Below, one piece after another: positions 9,569 to 17,421 of a stretch of DNA of 32,000 nucleotides (position 1 is the first letter of the stretch; the number at the start of each line of letters is the position of its first letter). Under the pieces are notes generated by a model. That model worked only from the letters and a program-made list of their open reading frames with translations. It was not told the DNA's origin and made no database searches. A program made the position numbers and the translations under genes. The stretch covers positions 6,709 through 38,708 of the forward strand of contig DAOVER010000029.1 in NCBI GenBank assembly GCA_030668875.1. The letters are read 5' to 3'. The stretch comes from Candidatus Heimdallarchaeota archaeon. GTDB taxonomy: Archaea > Asgardarchaeota > Heimdallarchaeia > Heimdallarchaeales > Heimdallarchaeaceae.

Positions 9569-9645
9569 TGGCGTAAACTCAGAGGTGCCGTTATTTACAT
9601 TGCCAATTGGCTCAAACGGTAAAACCTTCATCATAATTCACGCCA
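9569..9645 (-). ncRNA. Putative box C/D small RNA (kink-turn RNA)
   Basis: Minus strand: 10-bp terminal stem UGGCGUGAAU/GUUUACGCCA, box C AUGAUGA (9634-9628), candidate D' UUGA (9615-9612), hairpin GCCAAUUGGC, box D CUGA (9582-9579); TTTTATAC at 9670-9663 upstream. Confidence 0.7.
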
Positions 9646-9721
9646 TTTAACAAATTACTATTGTATAAAATAAGTTTATCTTTGCGATAAGTTTAATTTT
9701 TATGAATTCTGTATCATAGAT

Positions 9722-11473
9722 ATGAAAGAGAGTATCAAAAAGTTTTTAGAAAAAGAATATCTCGAAACTATACGAATTCATCAACTTCGTCCGCTATTTG
9801 AGAGGTATTTAAACTTAAATTCTGATTTAGTTGAAAAATATGAAAAAGAATATTCTCGTCCCAAAAATTTGATAGTATCTGCTCTATATACAGCTGATTA
9901 TATTATAATGTCGTCGGAAGTGAAACTTGAACTTGAAGATGATGCTAGAAGGAAAGAAATAATCGAATTCTGGATAAACCTGAATATAACTAATGATGAA
10001 ATGTGGTACGAATTAACTTACATTGTAGCTTTTTCATATAGAATTGCTTCGATGCTTAGGAAACGTTACTATTATTTAATGGATAGAGGAGTTGCTAAGC
10101 AAATTGCAGCAGCATTGGTAGCTGATTACTTTGTTCGACACCACTTGGAATACACTTCTGACAAATTGAATATCATTCCAACTTGGTGGGTTGTTTTTCT
10201 AATGGAAACAGCTATGTGCCAAACAATATTTTCCACAACTCAAAAGAAGTGGGCTAACATCCAAGAAATACTCCACTCTAATGAAATGGGTTTATTATCA
10301 CACATAATTGCAAATAACTTCATAGGGGAAACTATAGGGGAACCCAATCCAGCTGTCCCCATACCATACTTCAAAGATTCTTCTATTTTCTACTATGCCA
10401 CATGGGTTCAAGACACAGTTAAAAAGAATCGATTTGAATCACTGTTACCTGCTAAGACTTCAGCACAAATTCATAAGGAGTTCAAGAAATGTACTCCGTT
10501 ATTGGATTCAAATAATCCACACATCTTAAAATACATGAGACTTGCAGGAAAATACTCGATTTCTTCTCCTGAGATAAATTTCATTATTGCAAATTCCCAA
10601 ATTAATGATGCTGAAGGTTGGATTGGATTGCTTACACCTTTAGATGATATCAATATGAAGGAAATAGAATCCCTATTAAAACTTAAACTAGATGATCTGA
10701 AAGCTCTTGAAAAATATGCAAAACATCTCCCAACTATTCAAGTTCTTCAGAGGCAAAAGGAAGAACGAGAAGTAGTTGAAGAGATAATAGAAAAAGAAGA
10801 GAAAAAAGGATTCTTCAAAAAGCTATTTTCAGGTTTTAAAAAGAAGAAGAAAAAAGCAGAGCCGAAGAAAGCTGTAAAAATACCACAATCAATAGATAAG
10901 TGGTATCGATTGGTTTTAGATGAAATACTCATTGCCAGCGTTTCTGGTATAGGACTAGGGTTAGAGATTTATGATTCATATCGTGAGGATAATTTCGTAA
11001 TTAGTGGATTAATTGAGTCGGAACAAAAAGAAACTCAACCCACAGTTTTCTATTCAGAAGCGACTGTCGCATTCCCATCTGAATTTCTAGATCCAATTAT
11101 TAGCCTTATTGAAGTAGGTAAATTGTTTATAGCAACAATAAAAAATGTAGAAACGATTTCAGTTATTCCTGAAGAAGCGTTTTATCGTGATAAGCAAGAT
11201 GTAGGTCTCTATAGACTTGTAGAATTTGTTTTCGGTGAAAAACTATTAGTTGGTATATTAGCAGAAAAACAAGCTAGAACAGCTATGACACTCGCAAGGT
11301 CAGAACCAACTTATCAGAGAAGATCACTTCAAAGAAAAGCTAACGAATTCGTACATGCGAGAAGAGTCAACAAAACTGACGACGTAGGTAAAAGAACACT
11401 TTCAAGAGAGATAAATTGGGATACTGTGAAATTAAGTTACGAGGAAAAACCATTGTTTTACAAGAAAAAATAG
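9722..11473 (+). CDS. Hypothetical protein with an internal amphipathic/polybasic segment
   Basis: 583-aa ORF; no family recognised; KKGFFKKLFSGFKKKKKK linker. Confidence 0.8.
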   Translation: MKESIKKFLEKEYLETIRIHQLRPLFERYLNLNSDLVEKYEKEYSRPKNLIVSALYTADYIIMSSEVKLELEDDARRKEIIEFWINLNITNDEMWYELTYIVAFSYRIASMLRKRYYYLMDRGVAKQIAAALVADYFVRHHLEYTSDKLNIIPTWWVVFLMETAMCQTIFSTTQKKWANIQEILHSNEMGLLSHIIANNFIGETIGEPNPAVPIPYFKDSSIFYYATWVQDTVKKNRFESLLPAKTSAQIHKEFKKCTPLLDSNNPHILKYMRLAGKYSISSPEINFIIANSQINDAEGWIGLLTPLDDINMKEIESLLKLKLDDLKALEKYAKHLPTIQVLQRQKEEREVVEEIIEKEEKKGFFKKLFSGFKKKKKKAEPKKAVKIPQSIDKWYRLVLDEILIASVSGIGLGLEIYDSYREDNFVISGLIESEQKETQPTVFYSEATVAFPSEFLDPIISLIEVGKLFIATIKNVETISVIPEEAFYRDKQDVGLYRLVEFVFGEKLLVGILAEKQARTAMTLARSEPTYQRRSLQRKANEFVHARRVNKTDDVGKRTLSREINWDTVKLSYEEKPLFYKKK

Positions 11474-11581
11474 TCCTTCTCTCCCACTTTTCCCACTTAT
11501 TTGCGGAAAAAACTACTAGAAACTATATATTAAATCATGTGAATCTTAATATAGAAAGGTAAGTGGGCTAGGGGCAAATAT

Positions 11582-12382
11582 ATGAATGACCATAATACTA
11601 ATGCAAATTTCTTCTTCTTACGAGGAAAAGACGGGTTCCTTAAAGGTAATTATCAGAATTGTATAAAGGATTTAATGTATGCACAAGAGATGTTTACAAC
11701 CATAGGTAATAAAGAGAAATCTGCAGAAAGTTCACTTCTTTTAGCTTCAGCATACTTTAACATCACTCGTTTTGATCAATCAAGATTGATGTTTGATCGA
11801 GCATATTCTAGGTTCAAAGAACTTAACAAACTAGTTAAATTAGGAGAATGTGCGTTAGCTCTTGGAGAGATCTATAAGGAAGAAGGGGAGTTCAAGCGAA
11901 GCAGACAGTATCTATTAGAATCAATACATATTTTTACTAATCTAAAAGATACAGAAAAACTAGCTGATTCATGGAAGCACCTAGCTGAAGCATATCAAAT
12001 GGATCTTTCAGATTCACATGATCATCAAGTTAGTATTGTTGAAGCTTACAGAACAGCACTTGGTTATTATAAAAAAGCAAAAAATAACAGAATGAAAGCA
12101 GAATGCGAATTTGATTTGGGGCATGTATTAATCTCCCAATCTAATTTTTCAGCGGCTTTGAAATTTCTCTCTCCTGCATTCAACTACTTCAAGGAAATAA
12201 ATAATCACGATAATGTAATTACAATTGCAATACTAATTGGTCGAATATATTTTGAACTTAGGAAAAAACCTAAAGCTAAGGAATACATGTTCGAAGCTAT
12301 AAATCAGATGAAAAAGGCTAATTATAATCCTGAAAAGATTGGCTCTGTACAGAATACAATTGCTTCCATGTTTGCAGGTTAG
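11582..12382 (+). CDS. Tetratricopeptide repeat protein
   Basis: Repeated helical TPR-like units (LASAYFNITRFDQSRLMFDRAY, LGEIYKEEGEFKRSRQYLLESI, LGHVLISQSNFSAALKFL). Confidence 0.8.
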   Translation: MNDHNTNANFFFLRGKDGFLKGNYQNCIKDLMYAQEMFTTIGNKEKSAESSLLLASAYFNITRFDQSRLMFDRAYSRFKELNKLVKLGECALALGEIYKEEGEFKRSRQYLLESIHIFTNLKDTEKLADSWKHLAEAYQMDLSDSHDHQVSIVEAYRTALGYYKKAKNNRMKAECEFDLGHVLISQSNFSAALKFLSPAFNYFKEINNHDNVITIAILIGRIYFELRKKPKAKEYMFEAINQMKKANYNPEKIGSVQNTIASMFAG

Positions 12383-12383
12383 G

Positions 12384-13982
12384 TTACTTTCTCACAAATA
12401 ATAGTTGCTTATAGGTTATTGCAATATCGTCACTTGGGATTAAAATTTCAATCTTTTTGAAACGTTGTGTAGCTCTTAAAAGATCATACACAAATTTAAT
12501 ATCAAAATCCTCGTTATGTTTATTTTCTCTGAGCTTCTTAGGTAAAATGTGTCCAATTACCTGATATCCTGAGAATACTTTTCGTTTTTTCCTTAGATCT
12601 TTTTCATCCATTGTTGTACCTACAAACAAAAGTGATTGTATATCATCATCATGGTTTAAAGCGGTAATAGCAAAGATTTCTAAATTTATCAGTATTTCAT
12701 CCTTACTATTTCTGTAGAAAAATTTGCTTATATTGTCTTTAAGTACATACCTATCTTTAATGGAAATAAGTAATTTCTCTTCTATCAATTCTCTCGAAAG
12801 AGCAAATGTAGCATCAGAGTCACTGACAGCATTAGCAAATTCCACGCTCTGGGTGTTATCACTAATTAAGCATGGACTATTGAATTTCAATGTTAACTTT
12901 TTCAGTGACTGAGTTGTCTGTGAAGACGAAGCAAGATCATATATCATAGATATCCCTAGAAGCTGAGCGAGTGTATATGCATAACCTTTCCTAATCCGCC
13001 TTTGATGGTCATCTGTTGTATAAGAGGAAAATTCTATCGCTTTCTCAAAGTAAACTAAAGCCACTTTGTACTCTTTGTATTCTGCAATACCATAAGCTAC
13101 AGCAGAATAAAACATCGCTTTCTTGTTGCGATTTAATCCTTCTATAAAATCATCTATTTGTTTTATTGATGGTTCTAGTAAGCTATCTGAAAGTTTCAAA
13201 ACACTTACAAGTATGGTTAAACGTCTAGTTGCTTCATAATCCGACTTCAAAAACTTAATTGCTCTTAAAACAACACCTACACCCTTTAGTATAGTTCCCT
13301 TATTCTTCGAAACAACTGCAAGTCCAGGGTTATCAGAAAACAATTGTAGGAAGAAATCTGAAGGCATGATAATTTTTTCGTTCGGGTAAGGTTTCGAAGT
13401 AATTATATCAATTATATTTGAGCAAAATTCTGCTGCTTTATTTGTTTCTTTTTTGAATAGATGCATTAAACCAATATTAACATCACAAAATACGATGTTC
13501 TCATGTAGACTGTGTTTTTCTGATAATTCTTTAGATTGAAGAAGAAAACCCATTGCTTTGTCTTTTCCAATTGTCCTATTTATAACAAATAACATGTTAT
13601 AGACCTTAATCTGTATCTTTGGATCCTTCAATTTCTTAGCAAGAACATCTGCTTTTGTAACCGCTTTTTCAGCGCCCTCATAATCATTAGAAAGCAAAAA
13701 TGAATCTGCTAATGCTAAGTAGAAAAAGGCAGTTAATATTTTAGGAACTAAAGGTAGTAAAACCTTAACATGACGTAGTATTATCATTCCTTCGTCTCTA
13801 TTTTCCAAATTGAACTGTTTCTTACACTCTGTTAACATGTATTCTACGAGATCAATTACGGTCAGATTTTTTTCCAGTTGTAAATCTTCTAAAATTTTGG
13901 TGAATTTAGATTTATCCTTTACACTATTTGCGAAGGTTTGGGTTTTTGTAGACTTAAGATAATTGTGTAATAACACGGTCAT
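12384..13982 (-). CDS. TPR-containing hypothetical protein with an unrecognised C-terminal domain
   Basis: 532-aa ORF; TPR-like units (LADSFLLSNDYEGAEKAVTKA, AYGIAEYKEYKVALVYFEKAIE). Confidence 0.75.
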   Translation of the reverse strand: MTVLLHNYLKSTKTQTFANSVKDKSKFTKILEDLQLEKNLTVIDLVEYMLTECKKQFNLENRDEGMIILRHVKVLLPLVPKILTAFFYLALADSFLLSNDYEGAEKAVTKADVLAKKLKDPKIQIKVYNMLFVINRTIGKDKAMGFLLQSKELSEKHSLHENIVFCDVNIGLMHLFKKETNKAAEFCSNIIDIITSKPYPNEKIIMPSDFFLQLFSDNPGLAVVSKNKGTILKGVGVVLRAIKFLKSDYEATRRLTILVSVLKLSDSLLEPSIKQIDDFIEGLNRNKKAMFYSAVAYGIAEYKEYKVALVYFEKAIEFSSYTTDDHQRRIRKGYAYTLAQLLGISMIYDLASSSQTTQSLKKLTLKFNSPCLISDNTQSVEFANAVSDSDATFALSRELIEEKLLISIKDRYVLKDNISKFFYRNSKDEILINLEIFAITALNHDDDIQSLLFVGTTMDEKDLRKKRKVFSGYQVIGHILPKKLRENKHNEDFDIKFVYDLLRATQRFKKIEILIPSDDIAITYKQLLFVRK

Positions 13983-14057
13983 TATTACACGAATAAAGAA
14001 TTGGAATAAATTTCTTTTGTTCTTCCATTTTTCTTGAAGATGGAAAAAATAGATCTT

Positions 14058-15560
14058 TTATTGGCTAATTCGCTTCTTTAATTCTTTTGTTAAATCAGAG
14101 ATTAATACTAGAGATTCCTCTCTTGTCTCTAAATTTTTAAGAGTTACGCTCTTATTTTCTAAATCTCTTTCGCCAACAATAATCATATATGGGATATTTC
14201 TGTTTATCGCATCTTGGAGTTGTTTCTTACGGTTCCAGCCAAATGGGTTAAATAATGTTGCAAAGTTGTCTCTTAGAGTTGCAACGATTTCAGCTGCAAC
14301 ATCAGTGACATCTTTTGTCATTGATGTAACATAGACCATAGCAGGATGTTTATACTTTTCTAGCTTTCCTTGCTCTTTTAGAATGGAATAAAGAACAGTT
14401 TCACCCATACCTATTCCAGTACAAGGAATTTTTCCACCACCAAAGTTCTCCACAAGTTGATCATATCTTCCGCCTCCAGCTATTGCCCTCACAACAGAAC
14501 CTGTAGTATCATAGAATTCGAATACTATTCCTGTGTAGTAATCAAGACCTCGTGCTACTGAGGCATCGTAAATGCAAGTATCAATAACTCCAAACATTTT
14601 CAAATGGACAGCAAGCTCACTCATTTTATCCAATATTTCTTTGGTTGCTTCATCTAAATCAATCTCATTTTGCATTTGTTCAATGAAAGCTTCTGGATTA
14701 CCTCTGATATTAGAAAATACATATAGCTGATCTGATTGTAAATCAGTTAAACCTAGTTCTTTGAATGATTTCTTGATTACATTCTCAGCAATCTCTTGTA
14801 AGCTATCAACATAAGCAACCAAATTAGAATCCTTCTGAAGTATTGAACTGTATCTTTCTAATTTTGGATCCTGCATCCATACAGTTCTAACTATCATAGA
14901 GAGATCTTCAGCTTTTTCTTTCTTAATTTTCTTATCTATTAAATCCTGTTTAATATAACTTTGAACATGTTTTTCACGAGAATCTATAGCTCTTATGATA
15001 TCAGGTATATTTTCAACACCCAAGTGATTCAGAAAATTTTGAACTAATTCTCTGCTATTGATTGTACATACAAACTCGTCTTCTTTTAGTCCAGCTTGTT
15101 TGATTATTTGAGTAGTAAGAGCTATAATCTCAGCATCAGCACCAACGTGATCAACACCGATAATATCAGCATTAAATTGGAAATGCTCTTTGACTCTTCC
15201 CCTTTGAGGTGTTTCATCTCGGAAAATTCTCGGAATAGAATACCATCTCATGGGTTTGGGATACCTTTGATGTTGATTAGCAATTAATCGTGCCAAAGTA
15301 GGAGTTTGCTCTGGTCTAAGAACTAATTTACGCTTTTCTCTATCTTCTAGGCTATATATTTCTGCATACAAATCTTTTCCAGACTTGTACTCAATCAATT
15401 TAGCATACTCTAGGGAAGGTCCTTCATACTCCTCAAAACCGAACTTAGCAGAAACACCGTGCATAATATTAAGAATCTTATTGATTTCAGCATAATCCTC
15501 TGGGAAGAAGTCTCTGAATCCTTTGATACCTTTAAGAATCTCTTTTAGTTCAGAATCCAT
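14058..15560 (-). CDS. hisS: Histidine--tRNA ligase
   Basis: KGFRDFFP, LRPEQTPTLAR, motif 2 RDETPQRGRVKEHFQ, ARGLDYYTGIVFE, GGGRYDQL, C-terminal anticodon-binding domain. Confidence 0.97.
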   Translation of the reverse strand: MDSELKEILKGIKGFRDFFPEDYAEINKILNIMHGVSAKFGFEEYEGPSLEYAKLIEYKSGKDLYAEIYSLEDREKRKLVLRPEQTPTLARLIANQHQRYPKPMRWYSIPRIFRDETPQRGRVKEHFQFNADIIGVDHVGADAEIIALTTQIIKQAGLKEDEFVCTINSRELVQNFLNHLGVENIPDIIRAIDSREKHVQSYIKQDLIDKKIKKEKAEDLSMIVRTVWMQDPKLERYSSILQKDSNLVAYVDSLQEIAENVIKKSFKELGLTDLQSDQLYVFSNIRGNPEAFIEQMQNEIDLDEATKEILDKMSELAVHLKMFGVIDTCIYDASVARGLDYYTGIVFEFYDTTGSVVRAIAGGGRYDQLVENFGGGKIPCTGIGMGETVLYSILKEQGKLEKYKHPAMVYVTSMTKDVTDVAAEIVATLRDNFATLFNPFGWNRKKQLQDAINRNIPYMIIVGERDLENKSVTLKNLETREESLVLISDLTKELKKRISQ

Positions 15561-15637
15561 GATATATTCAAATTAAAAAATAATAGAAATTATTTAATGT
15601 TATTGTTCATCAATGCTTGTGAAAGACTACTTGATGG

Positions 15638-16633
15638 TCATGAATTGTTTTCTAAATAGGAGATTTCAAACATTGGTAGCTCTTTCTCAGACCAGAAGGA
15701 TTGGTTGTTAATCAAGTATTTCATAAGATACCCTGTTAAATCAGATTCTGATATATCAGCACCTTTATCCTCTCTCAATCCCTGTATTTCGATGATGAAT
15801 TCAGTTAATAATTTCATCAACAAATTGGCACCCTTTATTTTTTTATTCTGATTAATCATATTTGTCATCAACCAGCATGATGTTTGATTGTCAGCTGCCA
15901 TTACTACTTGTCGTCCGTTAATATTCATGTAATCAAGAATTGATTCATTTCCAGAGGCAAATTTGTAGCGAATGACAGGAAACATCCCTTCAGTATCATT
16001 AATCGCGGATGGAGAGCGAATTCTTGCCTCAATTATACCTTTATCGGTTTTTAGATAAGCAATGAAAGACTCTACAGATACTCCTGTGCTCATTAGATTT
16101 GTGATAATTGTGTTAGCTAACCAATCAATTGTTTTATTTAGATTTTCACCAGTAATTGGAGATACACTAAAACATTCAATCAATTGTAGACGAGAATATG
16201 ATTTAAACAAGTTGGAAACAGTATTGATCTCTTTTTGGTTAATCTTCTTATCCCAAGTATTAATTAAAACAAGTATAGGTGAATCCTTTTTAATCCACTT
16301 CAGAGAACGAACAAACCATTTCTCTGATTCTTTAATCTGATGTTCTTTAGTTGCATCAACGACAAAAATGAGCGCATCGGAACGAGAGATATAGCTAGGC
16401 CAAAGAGATTTTCTAAAAGGTTCTTTACCTCCTAAATCTGTCAAACCGAGTTTCAATCCATCAATATTAACTATTTCTTGATTAATTCCATATGTTGAAT
16501 AGGTTTCAGTAATCTCTTCATTCAGGAGCTTATTAATAATAGTAGTTTTTCCAACCCCGTCTAATCCAGCGACTGATATAGATACATCTCTATCATTCGA
16601 TAACCAATTTGAATTTGAATTAGGACCTAACAA
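15638..16633 (-). CDS. Arf-like small GTPase with a C-terminal longin/roadblock-like extension
   Basis: G1 GLDGVGKT, G2 STYG, G3 DLGG, G4 variant NTWD; ~150-aa extra C-terminal domain; TTG start. Confidence 0.85.
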   Translation of the reverse strand: MLGPNSNSNWLSNDRDVSISVAGLDGVGKTTIINKLLNEEITETYSTYGINQEIVNIDGLKLGLTDLGGKEPFRKSLWPSYISRSDALIFVVDATKEHQIKESEKWFVRSLKWIKKDSPILVLINTWDKKINQKEINTVSNLFKSYSRLQLIECFSVSPITGENLNKTIDWLANTIITNLMSTGVSVESFIAYLKTDKGIIEARIRSPSAINDTEGMFPVIRYKFASGNESILDYMNINGRQVVMAADNQTSCWLMTNMINQNKKIKGANLLMKLLTEFIIEIQGLREDKGADISESDLTGYLMKYLINNQSFWSEKELPMFEISYLENNS

Positions 16634-16702
16634 ACTGTGTTCACTTCTTTCCCCGCTTCACACAAATAGTGTGATGAATCTATTAGAAAAACCCCTATAT
16701 AT

Positions 16703-16720
16703 ATATTGGTAAACCAATAT
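16703..16720. promoter_or_regulatory. Perfect palindrome next to a TATATATATA box in a divergent promoter region
   Basis: ATATTGGT-AA-ACCAATAT overlapping the TA run at 16696-16705. Confidence 0.5.
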
Positions 16721-16867
16721 TAAAAATTTATTTAGTTCGGCAATTAAGTCGGGAAATTGTACTAAATCAATTAACACATTGGATAGGCAATGCAAATAAA
16801 TTGTGATTTAAGAATAAGCTTATATGTAACTCAAACTAGTACAAGTTAATCACTAATAGGGATTATC

Positions 16868-17311
16868 TTGCCAGACATACTTTCATCAGAAAAAGCCGAA
16901 ATACGGGAGATAGCAAAAAGTTATGCTCAAGCTTTGTGGACCATACCCTTTAACAAAGGTTTCATAGCATATATCAAAACAAGTGATGAGATCTCCGTTC
17001 ATCCAGCACGTTGGAGATATTGTTTTAAATGTGGAATGATTTTAAGAACAAATTTAGTCAAAAATGATGAAACTGCTGATGAAACAAGGAATCATGCATG
17101 TATCTTAGAATTTGAAGATATACCATTATTAATAAAAACTTCATGGATTAAGTTGCGAAAATTCTTTCTTATAGATGAGAATCATAAAAAAATTCTGAAG
17201 GAAATAGGGTTAACTATATTACCTAAACCAATTATTATTACAAAATCAACTTTAGAAAGAGAATCAACTAAGAAAGACATTTCTGAAGGATTTACTGAAG
17301 AGTCGACATGA
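16868..17311 (+). CDS. Small hypothetical protein, possible zinc binding
   Basis: 147-aa ORF with TTG start; CFKC...HAC motif; GGGA upstream. Confidence 0.6.
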   Translation: MPDILSSEKAEIREIAKSYAQALWTIPFNKGFIAYIKTSDEISVHPARWRYCFKCGMILRTNLVKNDETADETRNHACILEFEDIPLLIKTSWIKLRKFFLIDENHKKILKEIGLTILPKPIIITKSTLERESTKKDISEGFTEEST

Positions 17312-17359
17312 CACTTTCTCCCATTTTTATCGTTTTCTCCTCTTAGGTCTGCAAAATAC

Positions 17360-17405
17360 GTATATGTAACCACATTGTTACATATACTGTAACGGATAGG
17401 TTACA
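17360..17405. promoter_or_regulatory. Tandem palindromic operator-like sites TGTAAC-N6-GTTACA (x2)
   Basis: GTATATGTAAC-CACATT-GTTACATATAC (17360-17387) and TGTAAC-GGATAG-GTTACA (17388-17405); SD-like AGGTGA at 17412-17417 before the ATG at 17422. Confidence 0.7.
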
Positions 17406-17421
17406 TACAGCAGGTGAAAAT

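Noticed and set aside
9569-9645. SECIS interpretation of the AUGA/GA kink-turn hairpin (Asgard SECIS elements are eukaryote-like)
   Set aside because: It lies on the minus strand with no upstream minus-strand gene or in-frame UGA; full C and D boxes fit a C/D RNA better
11474-11581. TCCCACTT direct repeat with a distant AAGTGGG complement
   Set aside because: Too short to distinguish from chance
14010-14050. TTCCAT...ATGGAA hairpin downstream of hisS
   Set aside because: A 6-bp stem in AT-rich sequence; at most an ordinary terminator
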